Shown: positions 38,551 to 50,041 of the stretch, one piece after another
Numbering within the stretch: position 1 is the stretch's first letter
Layout: each line of letters opens with the position of its first letter
Program-made: the position numbers and the translations under genes
Assembly: GCA_003248565.1 (NCBI GenBank)
Contig: QFOV01000006.1
Coordinates: forward strand, 15,066 to 79,065
Length of the DNA: 64,000 bases
Source of the DNA: Stenotrophomonas sp.
Lineage (GTDB): Bacteria > Pseudomonadota > Gammaproteobacteria > Xanthomonadales > Xanthomonadaceae
Reading direction: 5' to 3'
The notes under the pieces: generated by a model
Database searches by the model: none
What the model was told of the DNA's origin: nothing
The model's input: the letters and a program-made list of their open reading frames with translations, nothing else

Positions 38551-39174
38551 ATGAATAAGATCTCCGTTTCTGTCGTTTCCTTGATGCTCGTTTCCGTGGT
38601 GGCGGGTTGCTCGAAGCCGGCACCGCTGGATTCAGATGCCAGTGCTGCTCCGCAGGCTGCCGCAGCTGCGCCAGCGCCTGCCGCCGCTGCAGTGAGCGAA
38701 GAAGAAAAAAGCTACCAAGAAGGCGTCTCGTTGATTGCTGCCAATGCACAAGGGCAGGATCTGGAAAATGCGGTGAATGCACTGCTCAAGGCTTCCGCTC
38801 TGGGTCATGCAGCTGCAAAGTTCGAACTGGCGAAGCTTTATCGTGATGGCAAGGGCGTAGATAAGAACCCTGGTGAAGCTACCAATCTGCTGCTCGCGTC
38901 AGCAGCCGCTGGAAACGGCGACGCTGCATTCGAGCTTGCCGGGATGTACGCGACCGGCGAGGGCATCGCCAAGAACGAGGGCGAGGCACTGAACATGTAT
39001 CTCAAGGCGGCGCAGGCGGGTAACGCCGGTGCAGCGCTGAAGTTGGGTGAGGTATATGAAGGCGGTGTTGGCATTCCGGCGAATATCGGAGAGGCCAAGT
39101 CCTGGTATCAGAAGGCTGCAGATGCTGGTAACGCGCAAGCTGCTGAGAAGCTGAAGGCGCTCGAAGGCAAGTAA
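38551..39174 (+). CDS. Sel1-repeat lipoprotein
   Basis: Lipobox VAGC, Ala/Pro linker, repeats of LA.LY..G.GV.KN..EA.. Confidence 0.85.
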   Translation: MNKISVSVVSLMLVSVVAGCSKPAPLDSDASAAPQAAAAAPAPAAAAVSEEEKSYQEGVSLIAANAQGQDLENAVNALLKASALGHAAAKFELAKLYRDGKGVDKNPGEATNLLLASAAAGNGDAAFELAGMYATGEGIAKNEGEALNMYLKAAQAGNAGAALKLGEVYEGGVGIPANIGEAKSWYQKAADAGNAQAAEKLKALEGK

Positions 39175-39226
39175 GCCAGGGTAGTAAGGGATTGCGGAAT
39201 ACTCAACGGTGTTCCGATCAAGCCGG

Positions 39227-39257
39227 GCCAGTCACGTGTAGTGACTGGCTTTTTTTT
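39227..39257 (+). terminator. Intrinsic terminator
   Basis: GCCAGTCAC-GTGTA-GTGACTGGC-TTTTTTTT. Confidence 0.88.
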
Positions 39258-39300
39258 GGCTCAATCGCGTTTCCTGGTGAGTGTTCGGTAGCCTTACTTT

Positions 39301-40496
39301 TGTCGCCTGCCCGTAAACTTGATCCAGGCATTCTTAGAGGTCTCCGGGCAAACTAGCCCTAAGGAGACCACTGATGCGCAGGAGCAAATTCACCGAGAGT
39401 CAGATCGTTGCGACGTTGAAGCAGGTTGAGGCTGGAAGGCAGGTCAAGGATGTCTGCCGTGAGCTTGGCATCTCCGATGCGACTTACTACGTCTGGAAGT
39501 CCAACTACGGCGGCATGGAAGCTTCGGACGTGCAGCGGTTGCGCGAAGTTGAAGCCGAGCACGCCGCGCTCAAGCGGATGCACGCCGAACTGGCGATGGA
39601 GAATCATGCGTTGAAGGATCTGATTGCAAAAAGCTTTAGACCCGGCGCATTAGCGCCCGCTCTTGGCCTGGCTGCAGGACTCTACGGCTGGAGCGCGCCG
39701 GGCCTGTGCGGCGATTGGAATGCCACGGTCGACGGCGCGCTACCGCCATCGACCGGATCGGGACGAAGAGGTGATCGCGTTATTGGTTGAGCTCTCTGAG
39801 CGTTTTCCGGAGCGCGGCTTGGACAAGCTGTTTCAACTGATTCGTCGCCGCGGTTTGGTCTGGAATCACAAGCGCGTCTGGCGTGTGTATTGTCTGATGA
39901 AGCTCAATCAGCATCGGCGAGGGAAGAAGCGCCTTCCAAACCGACACCCGATGCCATTGGTGGCCGGTGAGCAGATCAACGGCAGCTGGTCGATCAACTT
40001 CATGTCCGACGCGCTTTGGGATGGACGACGGTTCCGCACGTTCAACGTGGCTGACGATTTCAGTCGTCAGGCCTTGGCTATCGAAGTTGATCTGAATTTG
40101 CCGGCGACATGGGTCATTCGCACTTTGGAGCAAATTGCGGCGTGGCCCGGCTATCCCGCAAAGCTTTGCCTGGACAACGGCCCCGAGTTCATCGCTTTGG
40201 CGTTGGCGGAATGGGCTGAGCGCAAAGAACATCGCGCCGGATTTCATCGAGCCAGGACGGCCGATGCAGAACGGCTTCATCGAACGGTTCAATGGTAGCT
40301 TCCGACGTGGCGTGCTGGATATGCACGCCTTCCGCAATCTCGGAGAAGTACGCGAACAGGCAGAGTAGTGGCTGGCCGATTACAACACCGAGATACCGCA
40401 CGACAGCCTCGGCGGGCTCACGCCCGCCGAATTCCACCACTTCCAAGAACCGCAAACCTCTAATTCAGCTTGGCATTGAAATACGGGGAGTCGACA
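39301..40496 (+). mobile_element. Degenerate IS3-family element (IS407-group-like); transposase pseudogene
   Basis: Imperfect terminal IRs TGTCGCCTGCCCGTA / TACGGGGAGTCGACA; orfA from 39374; DDE orfB fragments with frameshifts and a TAG at 40366. Confidence 0.88.
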
Positions 40497-40510
40497 GGGG
40501 ACGTCGGTGT

Positions 40511-41632
40511 CTAATTGACCGGCTGATTGCTTCCTGAGAGTGGAGCTGCTGCTGAGCGAGCAGTTCGCTTGCCTAAGTACTGGGAGATGCGCGCATGACC
40601 CCATTTCAGGATTGGAGATTCAACGAGCTTCCAAGAGGCCACTGTAAAGAGAAGTGATACGAGGAGGCATGCAGCAAACATCACAAGTCTCGGATAAGTG
40701 AAACTTCCGAAGAACGAACCTAGCGATTCATTGCCAGCGTAGAGAAGGACATAGATTACCGGGTAGTGCCACAGGTAGAAGCCATAGGAGATGGTGCCAA
40801 GCCATGCCAGCATTCTGTCGCTGAGGACGTGCACCAACGTTGAGTCCTGATCAAGGGAGATCTTTGCAATAATCGCACCTGCGGAGAGTGCGGTGAATGC
40901 GAAGCCTGCAGGTGTCGACGCGAAATTGCTGGCCGGCTGATAGATTGCGCAGGTAATGAGATAGGTGGCAGCAGGCTTCCACATGTACGTAAATGCGTTG
41001 ACCACACCAGCAGGTGCCAGTGCTATGAACGCGCCGATAAGCAAGCCATCGGAATGGGTGTCCAATCCGGTGTAGATCCTTGCCGACGATGCGCCCGACT
41101 GTCCCAGGTAGGAGCGCCAGAGCATGATGCCGAGCGCACCCGCAAGAACTATCCAGGCAGGTTTGATGGATCGGACTTTGAATAGTGCAAGAATTGCCAA
41201 TGGCCAGATGATGTAAAACTGTTCCTCGATTGCAAGCGACCACGTATGCCCAGTCATGGGGGCGTCATAGATGTCGAACGCGCGAATCCAGTTCATGGTG
41301 TAAAGCAACGCAGGAAATATTTCCCATTCGATATGTATCCTGGGCTTGAACAGGAGCCAATAGATGGTGACTCCTAGTAGCAAAAGGATCAGTGCCGGGT
41401 AGAGGCGTAGTGAGCGCTTTGCGTAGAAAATACGGAGTGATATCCGCCCTGATCGCTGGAATTCCGCGCTGAGAAGGCGGGTGATCAGAAAACCGCTGAG
41501 TACAAAAAAGATGTCAACACCAATGAAGCCGCCGTGGACTATGGTCAGCCCGGTGTGGTGTGCAAAAACTACCAGCACTGAGAGTGCTCGAAGTCCATCT
41601 AGTCCCGCGATTCTTGAAGCAGAATTCGTCAT
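40511..41632 (-). CDS. Acyltransferase-3 family membrane protein (OafA-like O-acetyltransferase)
   Basis: LDGLRALSV, GVDIFFVLSGFLIT, HTWSLAIEEQFY, SYGFYLWH. Confidence 0.9.
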   Translation of the reverse strand: MTNSASRIAGLDGLRALSVLVVFAHHTGLTIVHGGFIGVDIFFVLSGFLITRLLSAEFQRSGRISLRIFYAKRSLRLYPALILLLLGVTIYWLLFKPRIHIEWEIFPALLYTMNWIRAFDIYDAPMTGHTWSLAIEEQFYIIWPLAILALFKVRSIKPAWIVLAGALGIMLWRSYLGQSGASSARIYTGLDTHSDGLLIGAFIALAPAGVVNAFTYMWKPAATYLITCAIYQPASNFASTPAGFAFTALSAGAIIAKISLDQDSTLVHVLSDRMLAWLGTISYGFYLWHYPVIYVLLYAGNESLGSFFGSFTYPRLVMFAACLLVSLLFTVASWKLVESPILKWGHARISQYLGKRTARSAAAPLSGSNQPVN

Positions 41633-42023
41633 GAAGCTTGCCTCGGGTGTAGCCCGCGATCACGCAGGGTTGACAGGTGGGGATAAGCAAACAGTCCTTT
41701 CACCCTGCTACTGGACGCGGTCGAAACGATAGATACGTTGCAAGGGCGCCTCGGAGTCGTTTGATGCTTGGCTTTAGGTAAATACCTATGTTCGCGCTGC
41801 GATTTTACACTGTGTTTGTGTAGGTGAATGCGCTACGGGCGGAATCGGTCCATACCGACGGTGACAATGTTCGGCTGCGTGCGCTTCTGGCGTTGATTTC
41901 GATAGCTGAATTGCGCTCGTAAGCAGGCTCCCATTGGAGCCTGTATTCACTCTGGCGCGTTCCCGTGGGGGCACTGGGCGTTTGAAGTCGAGCTTCGGCG
42001 TGAAGGAGTCCGGGAGAAGGGCT

Positions 42024-43222
42024 TGTAACGACCCACTGAAAACCTGCTCAGGTGTTGGCTTTTCCCAAAGGAGACATCGATGGGTGAAGTGCTGGAAGAA
42101 GAAATCAAGCGCTGGACGGCCCGGCGGAAGTCGGCACTGGTCCTTGAGATCACCCAAGGCAAAGCCATGGCGGGCGCGGCGAGCCGGCAGTTCGAGCTGA
42201 CCCCGGCGGAAATTGAAAGCTGGGTTGAGGATGGCAAGCGGGGCAAGGGGAACACCTTGCGAGCCAAGCCGGAGGACGTACGCGAGCAATACGAACGCCA
42301 GCTCAAGGACCTGTAGGAGGCGTACGGTGAGGTGATGCTGGAGATCCGCGCCCGAAAAAAGCTGGCCTCCCTGCCGGGGAAGGACGAGAGCTGATGCGCT
42401 CGGTCCAGCAGGGGCTGAAGGATGAAGGGCTGGCGGTTCCGATCACCGAGCTGTGCCAATGGTTTGGCGTGGCGTACGGTTTACTACCGGTCCATCAATA
42501 CAGCGGCCAAGGTTTGGCCGGAACTGGCCAAGCCGATAAAAGGCCGGATCGAAGCTGATCCTTCATTCGGCTACCGCTCCGTTGCTGCCGTTACTGGGTA
42601 TGAACAAGAGCACGGGCAGGCGACAAAAGGCTGGTAGGTTCGCAACCGACCGGTTGGCCAACGCCCGCGCATCCAGGCGTTGCCTTCAGTAGCGAAGGCT
42701 CCGAATCGACGCTGGGCAACGGATCTGTGCCGCGTCTGGGGTGGCAAGGATGGCTGGTTGAGTTTGGCCTTGGTGATCGACTGCCACACGCGACAACTAT
42801 TGGGTTGGCATCTATCGCGTACCGGCAAGGCGAGCACTGCATCGGCAGCGTTGGAGCAGGCCTTGATCGCACGCTTCGGTACGTTGGGGCGAGTCCAGGA
42901 GCCGTTCCTGTTTGGCTCGGTTTTACCAGTCGCGATTGCACACGCTTGGTGCGTAGCTATGGACTGAAGCTGGAATTCATCACTCAGCACTGTCCGCAGC
43001 AGAGCGGCATGGTAGAGCGCGTGATCAGAACACTGAAAGAGCAACGCATGCATCGCCACCGCTTCGAGAGCCTGGTACACGAGCTGTTGTGTGTTATCGG
43101 CGACTGGATCGGCTTCTACAACCGAGTACGCCCTCACCAGGCGTTGAAGATGATGATCCCGGATGCGGCGTATGCCGTTACGTTACCCGGGTGACCTGAG
43201 CGGAAACCGGTGGGTCATTACA
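42024..43222 (+). mobile_element. Second, different degenerate IS3-family element
   Basis: IRs TGTAACGACCCAC...GCTCAGG / CCTGAGC...GTGGGTCATTACA; orfA from 42080 with premature TAG at 42314; A6G slip site at 42355; fragmented orfB (WATD, IDCHTR, ERVIRTLKE). Confidence 0.85.
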
Positions 43223-43269
43223 TGAGTGCAGTGGCGCATCCTTGCGCCAACTTTTATGCATTTGACTCT

Positions 43270-44394
43270 TTACCCTGCCAGGAAGCTAGCTATGCGTTTT
43301 GCAGCTTTGCCATCGCCGTAAGGGTTATGTGCTTTGGCCATTGCTTCAAAGGCGAGATCATCATCCAGAAGGCGTGAAACTTCTGAGGTTATGGTTGCAC
43401 TGTCTGTGCCAACTAGGCGCACGGTGCCTGCCTCGACGGCCTCCGGACGCTCGGTGGTATCCCTCATCACCAGAACCGGCTTGCCTAGCGAGGGTGCCTC
43501 TTCCTGAATGCCGCCGGAGTCGGTCACGATGATGTGTGATCGACTCATGAGGTATACAAATGGCAAGTATTCCTGCGGCTCTATGAGGTGGATTGACGGC
43601 TGGTTGGCGAGGATGCGAGTTACTGGTTCTTGGACGTTTGGATTGAGGTGCACTGGATAAACAACCTGCGTATCACCGCGGGCGGCGATGTTCTTCAGCG
43701 CATGACAAATCTGTTCGAAGCCGTCCCCGAAATTTTCGCGTCGGTGCCCGGTGACCAGGATCAGACGTTTGCTCTTGTCGAGGAACGGGAAGCGGGCGGA
43801 AAGCTCCGCGTCGAGTGCTGGATTCTTCTTGATCTTTTCGACAACGGTAAGCAGAGCATCGATTACCGTGTTTCCGGTAATTTGAATGATCGCGGGGTCA
43901 ATGTTCTCTGCGCGAAGGTTGTTCGCTGATTTTTCAGTTGGCGCAAAATGGAGGTTTGCAAGCGCGCCAGTCAATTTTCGATTGGCCTCTTCAGGCCAAG
44001 GAGAGTAGAGATTACCAGTGCGAAGTCCAGCTTCTACATGGCCGATGGCGGTCCGCTGATAGTACGCTGCCAATGCGGTAGCAAACGTAGTTGTCGTGTC
44101 ACCATGAACCAGGACGATGTCAGGCGAGTGCTTGGCAATGACCTGCTCCATACCCTGGACGATGCGCGAGGTAAGGCCTGAAAGAGACTGCCCCGGTTGC
44201 ATGACGTTGAGGTCTTCATCGGGCGTGATTTCAAACAGTTCTAGAACCTGATCTAGCATCTGCCTGTGTTGCGCGGTGACGGCGACTATGGTTTCCAGCT
44301 CGGACTGCTGTTTCAGGGCAGTGACCAGTGGTGCCATTTTAATGGCTTCTGGGCGAGTACCGAAAACAACCATTACCTTCTTGCGGCGCATCAT
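43270..44394 (-). CDS. wecB: UDP-N-acetylglucosamine 2-epimerase (non-hydrolysing)
   Basis: [42 protein letters not shown]. Confidence 0.95.
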   Translation of the reverse strand: MMRRKKVMVVFGTRPEAIKMAPLVTALKQQSELETIVAVTAQHRQMLDQVLELFEITPDEDLNVMQPGQSLSGLTSRIVQGMEQVIAKHSPDIVLVHGDTTTTFATALAAYYQRTAIGHVEAGLRTGNLYSPWPEEANRKLTGALANLHFAPTEKSANNLRAENIDPAIIQITGNTVIDALLTVVEKIKKNPALDAELSARFPFLDKSKRLILVTGHRRENFGDGFEQICHALKNIAARGDTQVVYPVHLNPNVQEPVTRILANQPSIHLIEPQEYLPFVYLMSRSHIIVTDSGGIQEEAPSLGKPVLVMRDTTERPEAVEAGTVRLVGTDSATITSEVSRLLDDDLAFEAMAKAHNPYGDGKAAKRIASFLAG

Positions 44395-44517
44395 TTCTCT
44401 ATGAACTCCTTGTTGACGCTGGCAGCATGCATCTGAGTCTAGTAGCAAGTGCGAGGCAGACTCTGCGAGAGGCGCTATTCTACGCTGCTGTAGGCGAGTT
44501 ATTGAAACCACGCAAGA

Positions 44518-44551
44518 GAAAAAAAAGCGGCCTTTCTTGAAAGGCCGCTCT
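44518..44551 (-). terminator. Terminator after etfA
   Basis: A-tract plus AGCGGCCTTTC-TT-GAAAGGCCGCT. Confidence 0.8.
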
Positions 44552-44569
44552 TCTCTGGGACTGGTTTTT

Positions 44570-45505
44570 TTATAAAGCGGCTTCCAGCTCCGGCAGCAGC
44601 GTAAACAGATCCCCCACCAGGCCGATATCGGCAATCTCGAAGATCGGCGCATCGCCGTCCTTGTTGATGGCGACAATCGTGCCGGCGTCCTTGATGCCGG
44701 TCAGGTGCTGGATGGCGCCAGAGATGCCCACGGCGATGTAAAGCTCAGGGGCGATGATCTTGCCGGTCTGGCCGACCTGCATGTCGCTGGGCACATAGCC
44801 TGCATCCACAGCGGCGCGCGAGGCTCCGACGCCGGCGCCGAGCTTGTCGGCCAGCGCGTAGATCACCTTGAAGTTTTCTTCCGAGCCAACACCGCGGCCA
44901 CCGGAGACAACACGTTTGGCGCTCTGCAGGTCCGGGCGATCGCTCTTGCCGGCAGCCAAGCCGACGAAGCGGGTGTGGCTTGGCAGGGCGGCATCGACGC
45001 TGATCGCTTCGACCGGGGCGCTGTTGCCCTTGGCAGCTTCCTGCCAGGAGGCTGCGCGCACGGTAGCCACGACCACCTGATCAGCCGGGGCTTCGACGGT
45101 GATGATGGCGTTGCCGGCGTAGATCGGACGCTTGAAGGTATGGGAGCCTTCCACTGACATCAGGTCCGAGACCTGGTTGACGCCAAGCAGGGCGGCTACG
45201 GCCGGCATCACATCCTTGCCGGTGGTGGTCGACGGGCCGAACACATGGCTGTAGCCAGCAGCGGCCTTGGCGATCTGCGGGGCCTGTACCTGCGCAAGTG
45301 CGTGTTCATTGGCCGGATTGGTAATGGTCAGCACCTTGCTGACGCCGGCAATCTGCGCGGCTTCGGCGGCGATGGCGGCCGGGTCGGCGGCCAGCACCAG
45401 CACGTGGATGTCGCCGCCCACGGCGGTTGCTGCCGACACGGTCTTGGCGACGGCGCTGTTGAGCTTGCCGTCCAGGTGTTCGGCGATGACGAGAATCTTG
45501 GCCAT
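44570..45505 (-). CDS. etfA: Electron transfer flavoprotein alpha subunit
   Basis: [33 protein letters not shown]. Confidence 0.96.
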   Translation of the reverse strand: MAKILVIAEHLDGKLNSAVAKTVSAATAVGGDIHVLVLAADPAAIAAEAAQIAGVSKVLTITNPANEHALAQVQAPQIAKAAAGYSHVFGPSTTTGKDVMPAVAALLGVNQVSDLMSVEGSHTFKRPIYAGNAIITVEAPADQVVVATVRAASWQEAAKGNSAPVEAISVDAALPSHTRFVGLAAGKSDRPDLQSAKRVVSGGRGVGSEENFKVIYALADKLGAGVGASRAAVDAGYVPSDMQVGQTGKIIAPELYIAVGISGAIQHLTGIKDAGTIVAINKDGDAPIFEIADIGLVGDLFTLLPELEAAL

Positions 45506-46251
45506 TACAGCAATCCCTTCTGCTTGAGTGCGGCTACCAGTTCGGCAGGGTCCTTCACCATCACGCCCTTGCTGCGCTTGGACGGCGCGGCGTAATGGGT
45601 GGTCTTGAAAGTGTCAGCGGCTTCAACACCGAGGTCGGCCAGCTGCAGGGTTTCCAGCGGCTTGGCTTTGGCCTTCATGATGTCCGGCAGCTTGATGAAG
45701 CGCGGCTCGTTCAGGCGCAGGTCGGTGGTGATCACGGCCGGCAGATCGACTTCCAGCGTTTCCAGGCCGGCGTCGACTTCACGGGTGACCGTGGCCTTGC
45801 CGTCTGCAATTTCGACCTTGGAGGCGAAGGTGGCTTGCGGGCGTGCCCACAGCGTGGCCAGCATCTGACCGGTCTGGTTGGCATCGTCGTCGATGGCCTG
45901 CTTGCCAAGAATGACCAGGTCCGGCTGTTCTTTCTCAATAAGCTTGAGCAGGGTGCGGGCGGCGGTCAGCGGCTGGATGGCCTGGTCAGTGACCACGTGG
46001 ATGGCACGGTTGGCACCCATCGCCAGGCCATTGCGCAGGTGCGCCTGGGCGTCGGCTGGGGCGATGGTGGCCACGATCACTTCCGTGGCGACGCCCTTGT
46101 CGCGCAGGCGCAGGGCCTCTTCCAGGGCAATTTCATCGAACGGGTTCGGCGAGAGCTTGACGCCATCGGTGACCACGCCGGAACCATCCGGCTTGACTTG
46201 AATGCGGACGTTATAGTCCACCACGCGCTTGTACGCGACGAGGATTTTCAT
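45505..46251 (-). CDS. etfB: Electron transfer flavoprotein beta subunit
   Basis: [27 protein letters not shown]. Confidence 0.96.
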   Translation of the reverse strand: MKILVAYKRVVDYNVRIQVKPDGSGVVTDGVKLSPNPFDEIALEEALRLRDKGVATEVIVATIAPADAQAHLRNGLAMGANRAIHVVTDQAIQPLTAARTLLKLIEKEQPDLVILGKQAIDDDANQTGQMLATLWARPQATFASKVEIADGKATVTREVDAGLETLEVDLPAVITTDLRLNEPRFIKLPDIMKAKAKPLETLQLADLGVEAADTFKTTHYAAPSKRSKGVMVKDPAELVAALKQKGLL

Positions 46252-46497
46252 GTGCTGCGGGGTCCTTCGGTTGCTGATGGGGGCCGGCGTGGGCCGGGGA
46301 CAGATTTTCTCGATTCTAGCCGGGTTGGTAGGTCCGTGCGAACGCGTATGGTGCTGTCATGGCCTTCCTTAAATGTCCGGACAAATCGTGGCGGGAAAGC
46401 ATCCGTTGTCAATGGTGCAGGCCCAATAACGGCTGGCGTTATATCCTTGTATGAATTGTTCGCTGCTTTGGCAGCTGTAAATCAGGAGAATCGACGC

Positions 46498-47553
46498 GTG
46501 ACCACATGGCTTGTGACCGGCGGCGCCGGCTTTATCGGCGGCAATTTTGTATTGGAAGCGGTAGCGAAGGGCATCCGCATCATCAACCTTGATGCCCTGA
46601 CCTACGCAGGCAACCTGAAGACGCTGGATAGCCTGGAAGGCAACTCGAACCACGTATTCGTGCATGGCGACATCGGCGACCGCGAGCTGGTTGCAAGCCT
46701 GTTGGCGGAGCACCGCCCTGATGCAGTCCTGAACTTTGCCGCTGAGAGCCATGTGGATCGTTCGATCGACGGCCCGGGTGCGTTCATCCAGACCAATGTG
46801 GTTGGAACCCTGGGTTTGCTGGAAGCCGTGCGCGACTACTGGAAGGCGTTGCCGGCGGACAAAGCCGGTGCATTCCGCTTCCTGCACGTGTCCACCGACG
46901 AGGTTTACGGCACGCTGGGTGAGACCGGCAAGTTCACCGAAACCACGCCGTATGCGCCGAACTCGCCGTACTCGGCCTCCAAGGCAGCATCCGACCATCT
47001 GGTGCGTGCATTCCACCACACCTATGGTCTGCCAGTGCTGACCACCAATTGCTCGAACAACTACGGCCCGTACCACTTCCCGGAGAAGCTCATCCCGCTG
47101 GTGATCGCCAAAGCGCTGTCCGGTGAGTCGTTGCCGGTCTATGGCGACGGCAAACAGGTACGTGATTGGCTGTTTGTTGCCGATCATTGCGAGGCTATCC
47201 GTACGGTCCTGGCCAAGGGCCGGGTAGGCGAGACCTATAACGTTGGCGGCAACTCCGAAAAGCAGAACATCGAAGTAGTGCAGGCGATCTGTGCATTGCT
47301 GGATGCGCGCCGTCCGCGTGCCGATGGCAAGCCACGCAGCGAGCAGATCACCTATGTCACCGATCGTCCTGGCCATGACCGTCGCTATGCAATCGATGCT
47401 TCCAAGCTCAAGGATGAACTGGGCTGGGAACCGAAGCATACCTTCGAGCAGGGCATCGGCTTCACCGTCGACTGGTACCTGGACAACCAGCAATGGGTAA
47501 ACGGCGTGCTGGACGGCAGCTACCGTCTGCAGCGCATCGGCACCGACGTCTGA
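46498..47553 (+). CDS. rmlB: dTDP-glucose 4,6-dehydratase
   Basis: [32 protein letters not shown] start with AGGAG RBS. Confidence 0.96.
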   Translation: MTTWLVTGGAGFIGGNFVLEAVAKGIRIINLDALTYAGNLKTLDSLEGNSNHVFVHGDIGDRELVASLLAEHRPDAVLNFAAESHVDRSIDGPGAFIQTNVVGTLGLLEAVRDYWKALPADKAGAFRFLHVSTDEVYGTLGETGKFTETTPYAPNSPYSASKAASDHLVRAFHHTYGLPVLTTNCSNNYGPYHFPEKLIPLVIAKALSGESLPVYGDGKQVRDWLFVADHCEAIRTVLAKGRVGETYNVGGNSEKQNIEVVQAICALLDARRPRADGKPRSEQITYVTDRPGHDRRYAIDASKLKDELGWEPKHTFEQGIGFTVDWYLDNQQWVNGVLDGSYRLQRIGTDV

Positions 47554-47604
47554 TATCGATGATCCAGTGCCTGCACGCCTGTGCGGGTTAAAAAGGAAAC
47601 AACC

Positions 47605-48492
47605 ATGACGCAACGTAAAGGCATCATTCTGGCTGGCGGTTCTGGTACGCGCCTGTATCCGATCACCAAGGGCGTCAGCAAGCAATTGCTGCCGGTCTAC
47701 GACAAGCCGATGATCTATTACCCGCTGAGCGTGTTGATGCTGGCGGGCATCCGTGAAGTGCTGATCATCAACACGCCACACGAACAGGCCTTGTTCCAGC
47801 AGCTGCTGGGCGACGGCTCGCAGTGGGGAATGGACATCCAGTACGCAGTGCAGCCGAGCCCGGATGGCTTGGCGCAAGCGTATTTGATTGGCAGCGATTT
47901 CGTTGGTGGCAAGCCCAGCTGCCTGGTGCTCGGTGACAATATCTTCCACGGCACCGGTCTGCGCGAGGTGCTCAAGCGCGCCGATGCACGTGATACCGGC
48001 GCGACGGTGTTCGGCTATTGGGTGAATGATCCGGAGCGCTACGGCGTGGCCGAATTCAGCAAGGATGGCAAGGTGGTTGGATTGGTTGAAAAACCTATCG
48101 AGCCGCGCTCCAACTATGCAGTGACCGGCCTGTACTTCTATGACGGCAATGCCAGCGACTACGCCGCTGCATTGAAGCCATCGCCGCGCGGCGAGCTGGA
48201 GATCACCGATCTCAATCAGGTGTATCTGGACGAAGGAAAGCTTCAGCTGGAGCCGCTTGGTCGTGGCTTTGCGTGGCTGGATACAGGCACGCATCAGTCG
48301 CTGCTGGAGGCATCCAACTTCATCGAGACCATCCAGACCCGTCAGGGCCTGCAGGTTTGCTGCCCTGAAGAGATTGCCTATGGCCAAGGCTGGATTACGG
48401 CGGAGCAACTTCTGGCATTGGCCGCGCCGCTGTCCAAGAACGGTTATGGGCAATACCTGCAGAAGCTTGTTCAGCGAGGAATTGTTCCGTGA
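47605..48492 (+). CDS. rmlA: Glucose-1-phosphate thymidylyltransferase
   Basis: [29 protein letters not shown]. Confidence 0.96.
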   Translation: MTQRKGIILAGGSGTRLYPITKGVSKQLLPVYDKPMIYYPLSVLMLAGIREVLIINTPHEQALFQQLLGDGSQWGMDIQYAVQPSPDGLAQAYLIGSDFVGGKPSCLVLGDNIFHGTGLREVLKRADARDTGATVFGYWVNDPERYGVAEFSKDGKVVGLVEKPIEPRSNYAVTGLYFYDGNASDYAAALKPSPRGELEITDLNQVYLDEGKLQLEPLGRGFAWLDTGTHQSLLEASNFIETIQTRQGLQVCCPEEIAYGQGWITAEQLLALAAPLSKNGYGQYLQKLVQRGIVP

Positions 48493-49046
48493 AAGTAATT
48501 GAAACCGCCATGCCCGGCTGTGTAGTCATTGAACCGGCGGTGTTCGGTGATGAGCGTGGTTTCTTTTTTGAAACCTGGAATGCTGAGCGCTTCAAGGGGC
48601 TTGGTCTGCCTGACAAGTTCGTGCAGAGCAATGTTTCTGCTTCCAGTAAAGGTGTGTTGCGCGGACTGCACTACCAGTGGCCGCGCCCGCAGGGCAAGTT
48701 GGTCAGCGTGCTGGAGGGCGAGGTGTATGACGTGGCGGTGGATATCCGCCGTGGTTCGCCGACCTTTGGCAAGTGGGAGGCCGTCGTTCTGAGTGCTGAG
48801 AACAAACGCCAGTTCTGGATACCGGAAGGTTTCGCACATGGCTTTGCAGTGCTGTCCGAACGCGCGGTGTTCAGTTATCTGTGCACTGAGGTCTATCTGA
48901 AGGAGGTTGATGCTGGCGTTCGCTGGAATGACGCCGAAATCGGCATCGACTGGCCAATCAGCGGCCCGACGTTGTCCGCCAAAGATGAGAAGGCTCCTTT
49001 TCTCAAAGATATCGCTGAAGACCGCCTGCCGGTTTACGTGCCATGA
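48489..49046 (+). CDS. rmlC: dTDP-4-dehydrorhamnose 3,5-epimerase
   Basis: DERGFF, LRGLHYQ, GFAHGF. Confidence 0.95.
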   Translation: MKVIETAMPGCVVIEPAVFGDERGFFFETWNAERFKGLGLPDKFVQSNVSASSKGVLRGLHYQWPRPQGKLVSVLEGEVYDVAVDIRRGSPTFGKWEAVVLSAENKRQFWIPEGFAHGFAVLSERAVFSYLCTEVYLKEVDAGVRWNDAEIGIDWPISGPTLSAKDEKAPFLKDIAEDRLPVYVP

Positions 49047-49942
49047 CCGTACTGGTTTTTGGCGGAAACGGGCAGGTGGGGCAGGAGTTGTTGCGCGCGC
49101 TGGCACCGCTCGGTCCGGTTGTGGCCACCACGCGCAGCGGCAAGCTGGCCGATGGTAGTTCCTGCGAGGTCGCGGACTTTGACGTGCCCGAGAGCTTGCC
49201 GCCGTTGTTGGAACGGCTGCAGCCTTCGGCTGTGGTCAACGCAGCTGCCTACACAGCAGTGGACAAGGCAGAACAGGAGCCCGAAGCCGCATTCCGGGCC
49301 AACGCACAGGCACCGGGCGTGATTGCCCGGTGGTGTGCGATACATGGCGTGCCGATGGTGCATTACTCCACCGACTACGTGTTCAATGGTGAGGGCGTGG
49401 CGCCCTATGCTGAAGACGAGGCGACTGAGCCGCTGGGTGTTTACGGCACCAGCAAGCGCGATGGTGAAGAGGCGGTGCGTGCAGCTGGAGGCCGTCATCT
49501 GATCTTCCGCACCGCGTGGGTGTATGCAGCGCACGGCGGCAACTTCCTGCGAACGATGTTGCGCGTGGGCGCTGAGCGCGATGAACTGCGGGTAGTGGCA
49601 GATCAGGTGGGTACGCCGACACCGGCAGCTTTGATTGCCGATGTCACTGCGCAGGTGTTGCAACATCCGGGCAAACTGTCGGGCACCTGGCATCTGACCG
49701 CGTCAGGGCAGACCAGCTGGCATGGTTTCGCCGAGGCAATCTTTGCTGAGGCATTGGCTGCGGGTGTGCTCGCCAAGGTTCCGGTTGTGCATGCGATCTC
49801 CAGCAAGGAGTACCCAACACCGGCGAAGCGGCCTGCCTGGTCGGTGCTGGACAACCGCAAGCTTCAGCACGATTTCGGTATCACCCTGCCGGCTTGGCAG
49901 GAGGGTTTGCGGCAGGTGATGGGCGAAATCGCGAAGGTCTGA
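49043..49942 (+). CDS. rmlD: dTDP-4-dehydrorhamnose reductase
   Basis: GGNGQVG, AAYTAVDKAE, STDYVF, YGTSK. Confidence 0.95.
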   Translation: MTVLVFGGNGQVGQELLRALAPLGPVVATTRSGKLADGSSCEVADFDVPESLPPLLERLQPSAVVNAAAYTAVDKAEQEPEAAFRANAQAPGVIARWCAIHGVPMVHYSTDYVFNGEGVAPYAEDEATEPLGVYGTSKRDGEEAVRAAGGRHLIFRTAWVYAAHGGNFLRTMLRVGAERDELRVVADQVGTPTPAALIADVTAQVLQHPGKLSGTWHLTASGQTSWHGFAEAIFAEALAAGVLAKVPVVHAISSKEYPTPAKRPAWSVLDNRKLQHDFGITLPAWQEGLRQVMGEIAKV

Positions 49943-49990
49943 TGCGCGGCTTCATGCAGGACCAGGCAGTGCTGCATAAGCATCGATAGA

Positions 49991-50022
49991 ACAAAAACCC
50001 CGGGTTTCCCCGGGGTTTTTGT
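49991..50022. terminator. Bidirectional terminator between rmlD and xanB
   Basis: ACAAAAACCCCGGG-TTTC-CCCGGGGTTTTTGT. Confidence 0.85.
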
Positions 50023-50041
50023 TTACAGCCTGTTGACGATC

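Noticed and set aside
41786..42289. 167-aa minus-strand ORF
   Set aside because: Half of it is antisense to IS orfA and the remainder has no recognisable motif; a gene remnant cannot be excluded
39301..43222. Active composite transposon
   Set aside because: The two IS elements differ in IRs and transposase, both are disrupted, and no flanking direct repeat is seen
45595..46497. N-terminal extension of rmlB (652-aa ORF); similar extensions on wecB, tfoX and the phasin
   Set aside because: The extensions overlap other genes or REPs; the true starts are downstream, where family homology begins
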